A stretch of 63,901 nt of DNA, filler included, from Atractiella rhizophila (Eukaryota): the NCBI GenBank assembly GCA_021432655.1. It is 4 parts of 4 records of this genome, joined end to end, with 100 filler letters (N's around TTAATTAATTAA, not from the genome) between each part and the next. Parts side by side here need not be neighbours in the genome. Positions count along the whole stretch, not along the records: positions 1 to 29,513 come from MU271720.1; 3 more parts are not named here. The stretch is one strand, 5' to 3'. The position numbers and the translations under genes are program-made. The notes below the pieces were generated by a model. It ran no database searches. It had not been told where the DNA came from and worked only from the letters and a program-made list of their open reading frames with translations. Below are positions 1 to 12,550 of the stretch, in pieces. Positions within the stretch are counted from its first letter, which is position 1; each line of letters starts with the position of its first letter.

Positions 1-42
1 AGGTAGGGTTGTACCCTAGGCAGCCAGGAGGCAAGGATTCAG

Positions 43-156
43 CCTGGATCTCATTCCTGAAAGAGCCAGGGTTGAACCCTAAAGTACCCTTAGTAGGATT
101 CCCTGGATCTCATTCCTGAAAGAGGCAGGGTTGAACCCTAAAGTACTGTTAGTAGG
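43..156. repeat. 59-bp tandem repeat (2 copies plus a partial upstream copy)
   Basis: CCTGGATCTCATTCCTGAAAGAG..CAGGGTTGAACCCTAAAGTAC..TTAGTAGG starts at 43 and at 102; each unit contains the hairpin AGGGTT-G-AACCCT. Confidence 0.85.
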
Positions 157-460
157 TCACCTAATGGAATTTCAGCAGGTAGCATGCTTTGTAACCGGAC
201 AGTCGCCTGCTGATTTTAGCGGCAGGCCACATTCCAAAAGCTTTCTTCGGTGAACATGTGCCTCCACTGACCATTGAAACTTTTACATCATATTCCTTTA
301 ACCTTTGACACTGTTAAGCCGAAGCAAAACTGCCTGCATACAACAACACAAATCTATAAACAATGTACAAATGATTGACCCAAAGAGAAAACAGCCCCCA
401 AACCACGTCTTCATGAACAATTGACACAGATGCAAAGCGAAACTGAACCCCAAACTAACC

Positions 461-3400
461 CTAACCAAAGTACGACGGATTATCAAGAGCGCCGTCTCTA
501 GCAAACCATTCTCCCCCCGCCAGCAGAATTCCCACAAAGGTGAATCTTCGCTTCCTGAATCGAAGACTGGAGATCACAGTCGCAGCCGCCAAAATTGAGA
601 AAAATCCAAGAGATAGCCTGAACGGAATCTCTGAAACTACAAAGATGTAGCGAGGCTCAACTCCAGAAATAAATGTGGTCGAGTTATACCAAGCGCTAAA
701 TGTGATTCTTCGAAGACCTATCGTTAAAAGAGAGTCCTCACACCTCCTCAGCATTGATTGTCCCACTGGAGAAGAGAGGAGCTACGTACCATATCCCGTG
801 AAATAAGCTTAGCGTCCCTAGGAATTGTACTGTTGATGGTTCCAGGGACATCTTCGAGCGCAGTCTCCCCATTAATAGCGCCAATCGTGAGGAAAGGTCT
901 GAAACTACCAACACCGCTTTTCGCGATGCTCGATGCAATGTACCAGAGGTTGAAGCTGACCTGGCCGATTCCAATATTCCCAATGAGAGGTCTCGACTCA
1001 TCAATTTTTCCAAAGGTTACCGTGCCATTATAGAAGATGGTAGAGACGTTGCCAAAGATTTTGATGTTCAGTCGACAAACGAGCGTAGAAACGAGAGAAG
1101 GTTGAGCCGCTGCGTCAGCGAGCGATGTGTTGGCTCGGTTGCGTATCCAATCTTCCCAATCATCTGAAAGTTGCGAAGAAGCTGAGCGAGAGAGATCGAC
1201 TCCGCTTCCAACTCCTCCAAATATGGTCCAGCCAAAGGTACCGTCATAGACACCGTTGCCATTCGTGTCTGTTATTCGTTCCAGGGGATGCATATCCGGA
1301 GAAGGCGCAGGTACGGAAGTGAAACCCTTGAACTCTCCAGCTTGAATTTCGATGAAGGAGCGCTCGGTAATGTTGGCGTTGAAATCTTGTAGAACAGGAG
1401 CAACCCACTCGCAGTCATGCTTGAACGTCGCTAGATCAGTGAAGTAGTGGAAGCTCTCGTTTAAGTTGACAAAGAACAATGCCTGTAACAACGGACTTCG
1501 AGGGGTGAAAAAGAAATAACTGGAATCTTCAACCGTTTTGGGAGTTTTGAGGCGTGAACCAATTTGAAGAACTGATCCTATATAGCAGTCCTCCAAAGAT
1601 TCGGAGACTGATGCAGGTAATACATAATCGAAGGTGGTGTCCCAAAGTCGTGATAGATTAGCATTGCCGTGATCTTCAATTAAAGCCCTCTCCGTCGTCC
1701 ACAGCTGCTTGTCAACTTGGAATACAGTAAAAATTAAAGAGTCTTCCTCTCCTAGAGAGTTTAAGATCGTAGGCTGGCTGAGACCATTTGGAGAAGGCCC
1801 AATCTGCAATTGGATAACACTTGGAGCGAGCGGAGAGAAAGCGATCAAAACAGTGCAAGTGAAGAAGGTGAGTCGATAATGCATAGAAATAAGCTTGCGA
1901 GCAGGTTGGAACGCGATGTAATAGGCGCGCGTGAAAATAGAAGCCGTGTTGGTGGATATGTCGTCGAAAATCTTCTGAAGATGAGTAGACCAGAAAGGGA
2001 TATTTGTTGAAGGCACCTTTCCTGCGACTCGGGTCCATTCCTACCTCCTATGAGGACTTTATCAGGTGAGAGTGGGGAGACGCACTTCAGAATCAGACTC
2101 CTTCATCACATATTTGGCAGGGAAGGTTATCAAAGTCGTGAGGAGGGTAAAGACAACGACTGCGAAAGCGGTCAGAAACAAATTTCCACCTTGAGCGCTG
2201 AAGGGAAGTGTGATTTGTCTTTGCCGGCAGTAGAAGGCAAACCCGATGAATAAACCTCCGAAGACGCTCGTGAGAATATGAAGTAGACTCGTGGTTTTTC
2301 GTAGATGTTTCGTCGCACCTTTAATTGACGAAGGTGGGACATGCTGAAGCTGCAGAACTGGAACTGTGGAGCCTCCAGGACCTGAGACCTCCGTTATCTT
2401 AATTTTCGAGTTGCACAGAGAGTCGGTCACTCGTTGCTCTGTTCGGAAAGAATCTATCTCCTCCTCTATCATGCCTGCCGCCATCGCGAAAGTGTGATGA
2501 AGTGCCGCTTCACCTCGAATGGAATCATTCGCTTGATTTTGCGGCGCGCATAAAGTCATCAATAAAGGTAAAGAAAGAGGTCGTTGAGATCCGTCCGGTG
2601 GTCCGAGCGAGAAGAAGAGAGCTCCAAGTAATCCGAGAACGATATAGAAACAAGCTGTTAAGAAAAGAAGAACCACTTGAACCCGAAGAGCCAAAGATTC
2701 GAGGGTACCTTGACTTTCCAATTCTGCCACGCCCCATTCAGCGCCCATTAAGAATGCCTGCAGGCCGCTGGAAGACGACATTGTGACGCTCGCAGAGGCA
2801 TTGGCAGCCGTAGCAGGTATGTTAGCCTCGCCACCACGAAGTTGACCGTTGTAAAATATCGTGGTCCATAGCTTCTCAGCGTCGTTTTGAGCAAGAGAAA
2901 TCCAGAAATCTGACATCGCGAGCTTGACCTGCGTGACATCAAGATTCCCAACCCTGTGAGCCAGTGGTGGTCCGATCGAAAGTAACTGGGTGCCTCTGAT
3001 AGAGACAAGATGAGAGGTAATGTTGAAGAAGGGAAGACAGAGGAGGGCAGTCAGAGAGTCGGTACCAGTGAGATTAGTGATCGACGCGGCAGATTCGGCA
3101 GCAGCTTGCCAGGATTGGGGGAGGGGAGTTGTTGGAAGACCATCTAAAGAGATATGGAAGTTGAAAGGATCGTTATCGCGGAGCGGCGAAGATTGGACGA
3201 CGAAGAGGACTACTCCATCATAAGAAGGGAGGGGTTCTGACCCTGCCTCTTCGATCTTGTGGAGCTCATTGAGAACCGAGACCGCTTGGAAGGTTCCAGC
3301 AAGCACTGGCGCAGAACCAGAACCGAAAAAACCTCCGGCACCATAGAATGCCCCAGATGCTATCACTTCGTCCAGACCTCCATTCACTGGATCGCTGAGC

Positions 3401-4409
3401 ACAGGTGCCTGCCAGATGCAACCGTACTCGAAGGGAACTATATCTGTTTCGTAAGACTCGCCAGCATTATCGGAGATCGAAAGAGGAGCTGGAATCGATA
3501 AGTTGAAATTGTCGTTTTCATGAAAAGGTATGCGCGTTAAACGAGTGTCAGCGCCAACGAACACGCTTGAGATTTCTGACGCAACAGAAGAAGTTCCAGT
3601 GAAAGGTTCACTGAGGTTCGAATGGAGGCTGAGAGCGGGGAGAGAGGAGACCTGAATTCGATGTGATCCAATGTTGAAAGAGCCTGTTCTCAAAGTCAAG
3701 TTTGTCACTTGAAAAAGTATTTACGAACCAATATCAACGATCAGGATGGCGGATGCCGTTTGAGAGATGAGGACAGAAAGTATTGCAGCCCACAGCGCGA
3801 TCTTGAAGTCGAGCGAACTACCCTTATACGTCCACCACGACCATGCATGTCCCAGTAGCCCGCCTAAGTTTGAAGACACCGTGTTCAAATGCTTCAGTTC
3901 CACTCCTTCCCCCCCCTTCGACCCTGACAAACGCTTCCACCACTCTTGGCTGCGGACTTCATCGATCTGCTTGCCAGTGAGAATGAGTGAGAGGAAAACC
4001 AAATGCTGCTGAGTGCGGTGACACCACTACGATATCCTGAAAGATTGTTGGTAGAATTGCTGATGATGAGTGGACGACGAGCGTAGTGAACGTAGAAGCA
4101 GAAACCAACGTATATTAGACCCATGGTGGCCGGAAGAAAGCATTGAATCCCGCGGGTGAACATCCATACTTTCTTCTTCTCAGACACCTCATTGCTGGTA
4201 CGATGTTCGACTTCCGTAACTATGGTAGGGTTGGGGACTTTGGAAGCTTCCGTTTTCCCCTGTGAGAGTAGAGTTTCGCGCGACGAATCGTCTGAAGTTA
4301 ACTGTGTGGCTGAGACATCGAAATTAAGTGTCTGTGATATCGGTGCTGCAAGATGTTGACGAGACCTGCTAGACCGGTCTCCCATTCCGTTCGACTCGTG
4401 AGGTGACAT
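461..4409 (-). CDS. Large multi-exon, multi-pass membrane protein of unknown function with two internally homologous halves
   Basis: Consecutive minus-strand ORFs 3894-4502, 3721-4002, 2062-3708, 748-2016 and 461-766 are separated by intron-sized gaps and carry several hydrophobic helices; ATG at 4409 (MSPHES); repeated motif FEYGCIWQAPVL / FKHDCEWVAPVL. Confidence 0.7.
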
Positions 4410-6464
4410 TGTAGAGTGTGATTGGACACCTAACAAAAGCGCTGCTTCTGCTACGTTAAATGGGAGATCTAATAATTGTGGAAAGTCTTGCGTCTGGCTC
4501 AAAGATCGAAGTCCCTTCCCACTTTTTTCTTTCGATGGTTTTGGACGAAAAAACGGCAGGCGGTGCTAGCTGCTCGTTCTTAGAACACCCGCTGGTTCCT
4601 GGAAGCTTTGTCTGCAATCAGATAGTATTTGGCTGTCTCACGAGAGCGAAGGTACTCACAGAGGGGGTCTACCTGCACCATTTTGCTCCTTCATAACCCG
4701 ATCTAAGTTGGACCACTACCGATGCTCTTGGGCGAGGACGATCTGCTAACATCTGGTATATCTTGCTCGAGGCAAGCTTACCCCTTGCGTTGAGATGATG
4801 TTTTGCGAGCGGCGGGCTGGCGTTTTGGGTCCGGAGGAGAGTAAGTGTGCAGTAGAGAAGTTGGAGAGGCTGAAAGGGAATGGATGCGATGCGGAGGGGA
4901 ATGTCTTTCCTCTTTGTTGCCTCTCTCGCTAGAGTGTCCGCAAGCTCATTTCCTTCCACCTAAGTGACCGGGGACCCACCGGATGCGGACGTTGGGAAGG
5001 AGGTTGGAGATCATGTCGAAGCAGGAGTGGATGTTGAGCTGAATATGTTGACCTGGTCGGTTCTTCGCGCGTTTACCGAGAGCCTTGATGGCGCTTTGAC
5101 TCTCCGATGAACACGATGTTGGGCATTCTTCTCCCGCACGAGACGCCCAAGAGCGAGGGGGACGCCGGTGAGCTCGAAATCTGTTGCCGTCACTGCGAGT
5201 CCGTCCCATGTAAGAGAGCCATCCGTGAAGATGTGAAGGTCTGTTCTGTTGTTAGCATTGCATTATAGGCCTCCAGCACAATCTCTTTAGAGTCAGGGAT
5301 GAGGGTAGAGAAGGATGGCACAAAGGAGAGGTGTGGAGGAAGTGGAAGTAGGATCTCAAGGTCGGAAGGAAAGGAGATAGAAGAGCGACGAGAATTTGTG
5401 TAAGGTGGATGGAAATGTTCCAGGGAATGAATCCCAACAGGAGCGAGCCAACGTTGCGGGGTTGGAATCTGGACAGTAAGAAGGCGCGTGGCGCTACGAA
5501 AGGTGATCAAACCTATGATGGGTCAGGAAGGTTAGAGTCGAAGCATAGAGCGGGAATCGGTGTGGATCTGATGCACCCAGCAAAGTGCCCTGAGCCAGGT
5601 GGTGAAGAGCTTCGACGATCGCCGACTCGATGTGAGGTTGGTGCCAGATTATGGCGGCATAGTCTGTAGCGGCGCAGACGATTGAGGTGTACAGATGGCG
5701 GAATTGGGCAAGAGGTCAGCCTTCCGTTGTCTTCGACGGCGAAGCAATAGCCATGAGGCGTTTGCGGCGCTTCTCCTCAATCGAGGAGAGCTGCTGCTTC
5801 CAACAAAGCTCCTTGTCGAGGATGACTCCAAGGAGCGTGCGTTGTATCTCGCCGCCAAACCGTAATGTGAGGCCAGTAGTTATCCTTTTGCCATTTTGTG
5901 TAAACAGGACAAACTTAGTTTTGTCTCTTTCGGAGGAGAGGGCACCATTTTCCCACCCCACTCTCTGCTTCGTCCAGCATTCCCTCCAGCTCCCAAGTCG
6001 CCATTATCGCCGAAGAGGATCTGAATACGTCGTCTATGAATCCTGCAGAACCATCCTCCTTCCTGACAACCACAATCACATCTACTCTTCTCTGTTTAAA
6101 CTGCTTCACGACCTCCACATCGACCGCTGTTTGTTCCCCACTCACGACAAAGAGTACCTTCTCTTGCTGAAGAGAGTCCTGTCACGTAAGACGGCAAGGA
6201 GAACGCGTGAGGTCTGAACGGGGAGGAAGATGCGGAACGGTATCATGAGGGTGAGATAACGTGTCGGATTCAGAGGCAATGACGAAGGATGGAGTACAAT
6301 GGTGTGCAGCAGTGTGAGGTGGGCGATGTAGAGTCCGAGGGAGAAGATGAGGCGGGAGGGAGGGAACATGAAGCAAAGGAGCGCGAAGCGGGGGAGCGTG
6401 AAGTGGAGGAGCGTTAGGAAGTGCTGGATTTCCAACTGCTAAACTTCCATTTCTGTAGATATAT
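4216..6464. repeat. Tandem duplication unit 1 (5' end of membrane-protein gene plus LINE remnant)
   Basis: GTAACTATGGTAGGGTTGGGGACTTTGGAAGC begins at 4216 and again at 6523; colinear similarity runs to ...AAACTTCCATTTCTGTAGAT at ~6460 and ~8719. Confidence 0.92.
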
Positions 6465-6494
6465 TGGTATGTTGGAGTTGAACGAAAAGCAATC
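4520..6494 (-). mobile_element. Degenerate non-LTR retrotransposon (Tad1-like LINE), 3' part of ORF2 with RT and RNase H
   Basis: Frameshifted fragments GFIDDV (RT), LLGVILDKELCWKQQ (RT thumb), IRWVPGH..EGNELADTLAR (RNase H) and VVVQLRSG (C-terminal region). Confidence 0.85.

Positions 6495-6522
<28 letters not shown>
6495..6522 (+). repeat. Poly(A) tract (28 nt) at the duplication junction
   Basis: Pure A run immediately before the first base of duplication unit 2. Confidence 0.95.
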
Positions 6523-6526
<4 letters not shown>

Positions 6527-8722
6527 CTATGGTAGGGTTGGGGACTTTGGAAGCTTCCGTTTTCTCTTGCGAGAGTAGAGTTTCGCGCAACGAATCCTCT
6601 GAAGTTAACGGTGTGGCTGAGACATCGAAATTGAGTGTCTGTGATATCGGCGCTGCAATATGTTGACCACACCTGCTAGACCGGTCTCCCATTCTGTTCG
6701 ACTCGCGAGGTGACATTGTAGAGTGTGATTGGAAACCTAACAAAAGCGCTGCTTCTGCCACGTTAAATGGAAAATCTAATAATTGTGGAAAGTCTTGGGT
6801 CTGGCTCAAAGGTTGAAGCACTTCCCTCTTTTCTTTTCATGGCTTTGGACGAAAAAACGGCTGGCGGTGCTAGCTGTTCGTTCTTAGAACACCAGCTGGT
6901 TCCTGGAAGCTTGGTCTGCAATCAGATATTGCTTGGCTGTCTCACGAGAGCGACGGTACTCACAGAGAACAAAGGGGGGACTCTAACATCTGGTATGTCT
7001 TGCTCTAGGAAAGCTTACCCCTTGCTTTGAGATGGTGTTTGCCAACGGCGGGCTGGCGTTTTGGGTCCGCAGGAGAGTAAGTGTGCAGTAGAGAAGTTGG
7101 AGGGGCCGAAAAAGGGAGTGGATGCAATGCGGAGGGGAATGTCGTTCCTCTTTGTTGCCTCCTCGCGAGAGTGTCCGCAAACTCATTTCCTTCCAGCTCT
7201 GAGTGACCGGGGAACCACCGGGTGCGGACGTTGGGAGGAGGTTGGAGATCACGGGAAGCAGGAGTGGATGTCGAGCTGAATATGTCGACCTGGTCGGTTC
7301 TTCGTGCGTTTACCGAGAGCCTTGATGGCGCTTTGACTCTCCGATAAACACGATGTTGGGCATCCTCTTCCTGCACGAGATGCCCAAGAGCGAGGAGGAT
7401 GCCCTGAGCTCGAATTCTGTTGCCGTCGCTGTCCCATGTAAGAAAGCCATCCGTGAAGATGTGAAGGTATGTTCTGTTGTTAGCAATTGCATTGTACGCC
7501 TCGAGCGCAATCTCTTTAGAGTCAGGGATGAGGCTAGAGAAGGATGGCACAAAGGAGGCGTGTGGAGGAAGTGGAATTAGGATCTCAAGGTTGGAAGGAA
7601 AGGAGATAGGAGAGCGACGAAAATTTTGTGTAAGGTGGATGGAAATGTTCCAGGGAATGAATCCCGACTGGTGCAAGCGAGCGCCGCTGCCGGGTTGGAA
7701 TCTGGAACGGCAAGAAGGCGCATGGCGCTACGAAAGGTGATTTGTCCAAACGGACGATGGATCTGGAAGCTTAGAGTCGAAGCATAGAGCGGGAATGGGT
7801 GTGGGTCTGAACGCACCCAGCAGAGTGCCCTGAGCCAGGTGGTGAAGAGTTTCGAGCCTTCGAACGATGGCTGACCGGATGTGAGGTTGGTGCCAGATTA
7901 TGGCCGCATAGTCTGTAGCGGCGCAGACGATTGAGGTGTACAGATGGCGGAATTGCTAAGAGGTATGCCTTCCGCTGCCTTGGACGGCGAAGCAATAGCC
8001 ATGAGGCGTTCGTGGCACTTCTCCTCGATCGAGGAGAGCTCCTGCGTCCAACAGAGCTCCCTGTCGAGGACGAGGATGACTCCAAGGAGCGTTGCATCAT
8101 ATGACACCTCTATCATCTCGCCGCCAAACCGTAATGTGAGGCCAGTAGTTATCCTCTTGCGACTTCGAGTAACCAGGACAAATTTAATTTTGTCTCTTTC
8201 GGAGAGTGCACCATGTCTCCCACCACTCTTCTGCTTCGTAGAGGATTCCCTCCAGCTACCGAGTCGCCATGTTCGCCGAAGAGGATCTGGCTAGCATGAA
8301 TACGTCGTCTATGAATCCTGCAGAACCATCCCCCTTCCCGACGACCACAATCACCTCTGGTCCCTCTGTTTATACTGTTTCACGACCTCCACATCGACCG
8401 CGGTCCGTTCCCACTCACGACAAAGAGTGCCTTCTCTTGCTGAGGAGAGTCCTGTAAGGTAAAACGGCAAGGACAACGCGTGAGGTGTAAACGGGGAGGA
8501 AGATGTGGTTACGGTATCGTGAGGGTGAGGTAACGTGTCGGATTCAGAGGCAATGGCGAAGGATGGAGTACAAAGGTGTGCAGCAGTGTGAGGTGGGCGA
8601 TGTAGAGTCCGAGGTAGAAGATGAGGCGGGAGGGAGAGAACGTGAAGCGGAGGAGCGTGAAGCGGAGGAGTGTTAGGAAGTGCTGGATTTCAAACTGCTA
8701 AACTTCCATTTCTGTAGATGTA
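6523..8722. repeat. Tandem duplication unit 2 (orphan copy of the membrane-gene 5' end plus second LINE remnant)
   Basis: ORF 6414-6821 repeats the N-terminus of ORF 3894-4502 (..NFDVSAT.LTS.DS.RETLLSQ.KTEASKVPNPTIVT) and then runs into poly-Phe from the T tract. Confidence 0.92.
6820..8722 (-). mobile_element. Second degenerate LINE copy (RT/RNase H remnants)
   Basis: LHIFTDG, RWFPGHSELEGNEFADTLAR and LLGVILVLDRELCW fragments; colinear with 4520-6464. Confidence 0.85.
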
Positions 8723-9524
8723 TTAGGTGGTCAGGTGTTTGAGATGTGTTAAGTCGAGTGGAGTGGAAAGGATAGAGATGTTTGCTTTAGACGAGAATGG
8801 AGCGAGCTTGATCCTGATGTCATGTAGAAGAGGGGGCAGACGCGAGGCATAGATCGAAGGAGGAAGTGGACACATATTGCGGACGGAAAGGCGCCGGAGA
8901 GTGTGCGGGAGGGAGAGCGACGAGAGATGTGGGTACTCTTGAAGTTCTAGGGTTGCTAAACGCGAGATAGTTGAAGGCCAGCTGATGCGAAAGGGGCAGA
9001 GGGGGATTCCTCTGCTGCCCAAACGTTGAGATACCTCACCCTCCCTCCCATCCCCTGCATAAAGTTCTCCAATTCCTCATTCTTCCATTTCCTCGAACCT
9101 CTCTCTCCAAAGGTTACAAACTCCAACCTTCTCAAGCTCCCAATTGCACCCAACACAATCTTCGCCTCATCTCCATTCCAAAATGCGTCCATCTCCACAT
9201 GCGTAACATTTGGCGAGCCCGCGATGATCTCTTTCAGCAGAACAACTCTGATTTTCGTTGAAATCGCCAGGTGGTTCAATAGACGTCCAGCACCAGGATA
9301 AAGCTCCAAAAGATTATGCTTGTCCGCCGTAGACATATCACGTTGGTGCAAGTAAGGAACCGAGAGGTGCCGCCAGAGCTGACAGACACCGGTCAGTACG
9401 ACAGCTGGATCGTCTCCGAGGAGATCAGAGAGTTGGAGGAAACTGAAAATATGACACAGCAGCTCGTTGGGCAGTCGCGAGATAGGGGATGGAGTCCCAA
9501 GAGTTGAGGTCAGTTCCACTGGCT
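8723..9524 (-). pseudogene. F-box / LRR-like coding segment, frameshifted near 8960 and cut by the LINE at ~8723
   Basis: F-box motif PISRLPNELLCHIFSFL...LTGVCQLWR followed by LRR-like LxxLxL segments (LATLELQEYPHL, LRRLSV, LTHLKHL); ORFs 8956-9519 and 8723-9022 overlap in different frames. Confidence 0.75.
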
Positions 9525-9713
9525 CTGTAGAATATCAGTTACCAAGGCCGCAATCAGGATGGACGAAGTAGTACTAGATTTGAGCCGATGGGAAGCTTCC
9601 TTTGACGTAGGCTTGCGATTTGTTAATAGAAATCCTCGTCTAAAGCCCTTCGAAGCGAAGGGAGCAGGGTTCCGTTTTTCTGTTGCTCCTGTCATCATCA
9701 TGATGCTAGCTTA

Positions 9714-11620
9714 TCAGTGATGTTCAGAGGATAGATGGAGCATACCTTGTGTTGTGACCTTGCGGCCAAAAGCATCATTGATCTTTCCCAGAACATCATC
9801 ACAACGTTGTACATCAGTTTGGCTTCTCCCTTCGTAAAGCGCTCGTGCTTGAATAATCTCCTCCCTGGCACTAACGAAGTTCGACTGTTCAAGCAGTATA
9901 GTCGCCAACGCCTCTCTGCACGTTGCCTCCCGGTCGCGAGATCCTAACTCCTGATAGATCCCCTTTGCCTCGCCATATGCTTTTAAGGCATTGTCGTACC
10001 CTCTCCGTCGAAGGTGAACGTCCCCAAGGCCTTTGAGGCAGTGGGCAACTCCCATGCGAGATCCCAACGCAATGAAGAGTTCCTTTGCTTCCTTGAAGGC
10101 CGTCAGTGCGTCGTATTCTCTCCCACATAAAATTTCAATAGTTCCGATGCCTTGAACACAGTTGGCGAGGCCTGACAGTATCTGAAGCTCGCCGTAATTT
10201 TCTTTGCCTCCTGGAGTGCTGTCAGAGCTTCATCGCACCTCCCTAGATCTAACTCGGCGAACCCAATGGCTCGACTGCAGTCAGCAACTCGGTTGTGGGT
10301 GCCTACCTTGGTGTAGATGCTTCTCGCTTGGTGTAACGACTTCAGAGCTGTATCGTATCTCTTGCACTTAAGTTCGACCTCCCCAGCTCGTCTAAGACAG
10401 TTCGCAGCTTGGGCGAGATTTCCCAGCTCGAGATGAATCTCTTTCGCCTCCTTGAGAGCTTGCAAAGCCTCTTTCTCCTTCCAACACAGGCCACTGATAA
10501 ACCCTATGCTCTCAAGGCAGTCTGCGACGTTCATGAGAGACCCCTCTTCCCTATATATCTCGTTCGCCTCCTTGAATGCTTTCAGGGCCTCGTCTTCCCT
10601 CCCGTATCGGTGATGAACCAATCCAGTGTTTTTGACGCAGTGAGCTATGCCTAAGCGTTCCCCAACACTAATGTAAATCTCCTTCGCCGTCCTGAATGCC
10701 TTTAGAGCTTCAGCATTCCTCTCACATCCCGAGTCAACCTCCCCAATATGGAAGACACAATCGGCCACTCCCCTACGAGATCCCACCTGGGCATAAATCT
10801 CCTTCGCTTCGTCGAACGCCTTCCGAGCTTCATCGTATCTCTTGCATCGAAGCGCAACGTTTCCAAGGCCTGTCGAGCAGCGGGCTGCTTCCTCGCAAGA
10901 TCCAATTTCAAGGTAAATCTTCTTCGCCTCCTTGAACGCCTTCAGAGCCTCCACGTCCCTCCTACATTGATAGTTGACGTCTCCAGCTAGGGTCATGCAG
11001 TGCGCAACACCCCAGCGTTGTCGTCCGTGGAGGTAGATAGCTTTCGCCTCTTCGAAGGCTTTGAGAGCCTTGTCATACCTCCTATAGTGAAATTCAATGT
11101 CTCCGATGCGGCGTATGCAATTGGCGACATCGATGCTAGATTCCACCTCGGTGTATATCTTTTTCGCTTCTTGAAAAGCTTTCAGAGCCTCTTCATACCT
11201 CTTCCTTTGAAGTTCGACGTCTCCGACACCCCGAAGACAGTTAGCCACTCCGTCGCGCAGTCTAAGCTCCACATAAATGTCCTTCGCTTCCTTGAAGGCT
11301 TTCAGGGCTTCATCGTGCCTCCTACATCGACAGTTGATTTCTCCAACATTTTTGAGGCAGTTGGCGACCGCCTTGCGAGATTCAATTTCGACATAAATCT
11401 TTTTCACCTCCCTTCTCGTCTTCTGAATCTCACCGTTCCTCCGGTCCTGACGGTTGACGTCTCCAGCCGTGATAATACCATGCAGCACACGCCAGGACTG
11501 CCCAACCTCAATGTAAATCTCCTTCGCCTCGTTAAACGCCTTTAAAGCCTCGTCATACCTATGGTAGTGAAAGTCAAGGTCCCCTTCGCTCTTGATGCAG
11601 TTGGCTTGTCCAACACGATT
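9714..11620 (-). pseudogene. TPR-repeat array (~15 repeats of 40 aa), 5'-truncated, one frameshift
   Basis: Repeats of the form YDEALKAFxEAKEIYxExGxxxGVAxCLxxxGxV; the frame is open from 11620 (NRVGQANCIKSEGDL); a 1-nt deletion at ~10198 (AAAATTACGGC) links ORF 10103-11488 to ORF 9714-10067; no start codon or N-terminal domain is present. Confidence 0.85.
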
Positions 11621-11790
11621 GCAACGAAACCAACACCAAGACAGTCATCTCGCGAGGTGGCGCCCGAGCCGCTTTGCAACAAAACCAACACCAACACAAC
11701 TCACCGGACAGCAGTCGCGAGGCGGCAAGGAAGCCACTTTGCAGCGAAACCAATACCAACACATCATCCCATCCGACAACACTCGCGAAA
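11620..11790. repeat. ~55-65-bp imperfect tandem repeat (3 copies)
   Basis: TGCAACGAAACCAACACCA...GACA...TCGCGA recurs at ~11620, ~11675 and ~11740. Confidence 0.75.
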
Positions 11791-12030
11791 CGACATGCGA
11801 ACCGACACCCACACAACATCCCACAGCACTCACGAGGCGACACGCGAACCAGTGTCTGAAAAGGAATGTGTCTGTCTCTGAAGCAAAAAATAACAAAATA
11901 AAAGAGATAGGTATGTGGAAACTTGAATTGTAATTGCACCTCTGTCATCAATACACAAAGTGTTTTCCAGTTAAGTCACATTGTAACGTATGTAATGTTG
12001 TTATTGGACTGTATAACATGTAATAATGAT

Positions 12031-12550
12031 GAGTGAACATAAAAAAAAGCGGAGCAAAAATATGCACCTTCACAGATCAAAAATACAATTCGCTATTACT
12101 TCACCATTATCCATCAAATTTCAGGCGTGAGTAGGGCCAACGCAAGGGCTGAGAGCCAGCTACAACGACGTATAATCCTTAATAAGAATGAGTGAATATT
12201 AAAAAAAGCGGAGGACAAAATACGCACCTTATATATCACAAATTGCAATTAACCCTTGCTTCGCCATTATCCATCATGTTTTAGGCGTAAATGGCGCAAA
12301 TGGGAGGCCCATGTTGCATCCTCGACATCGTATAATGTGGATTGAGAATGAGTGAATATCAACAACAACGGAGGACAAAATACGCACTTATATATGTCAA
12401 AAATGCACTTCCCAATTGCATCGCCGTTATTCTTCGTATTTTAGATGTGAGGGTGGTGAGTAGTGGTCCCTGAGGGTTAGGTATTACTACGTATGATGCG
12501 TAATAAGAGTGAGCGAACATTAAAAAAAAGGGAAGGAAAAATACACACAG
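12031..12550. repeat. ~160-bp diverged tandem repeat (about 3.3 copies)
   Basis: GAGTGAAYAT-A-rich-CGGAG..AAAATAYGCAC starts at ~12031, 12190, 12350 and 12511. Confidence 0.85.
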
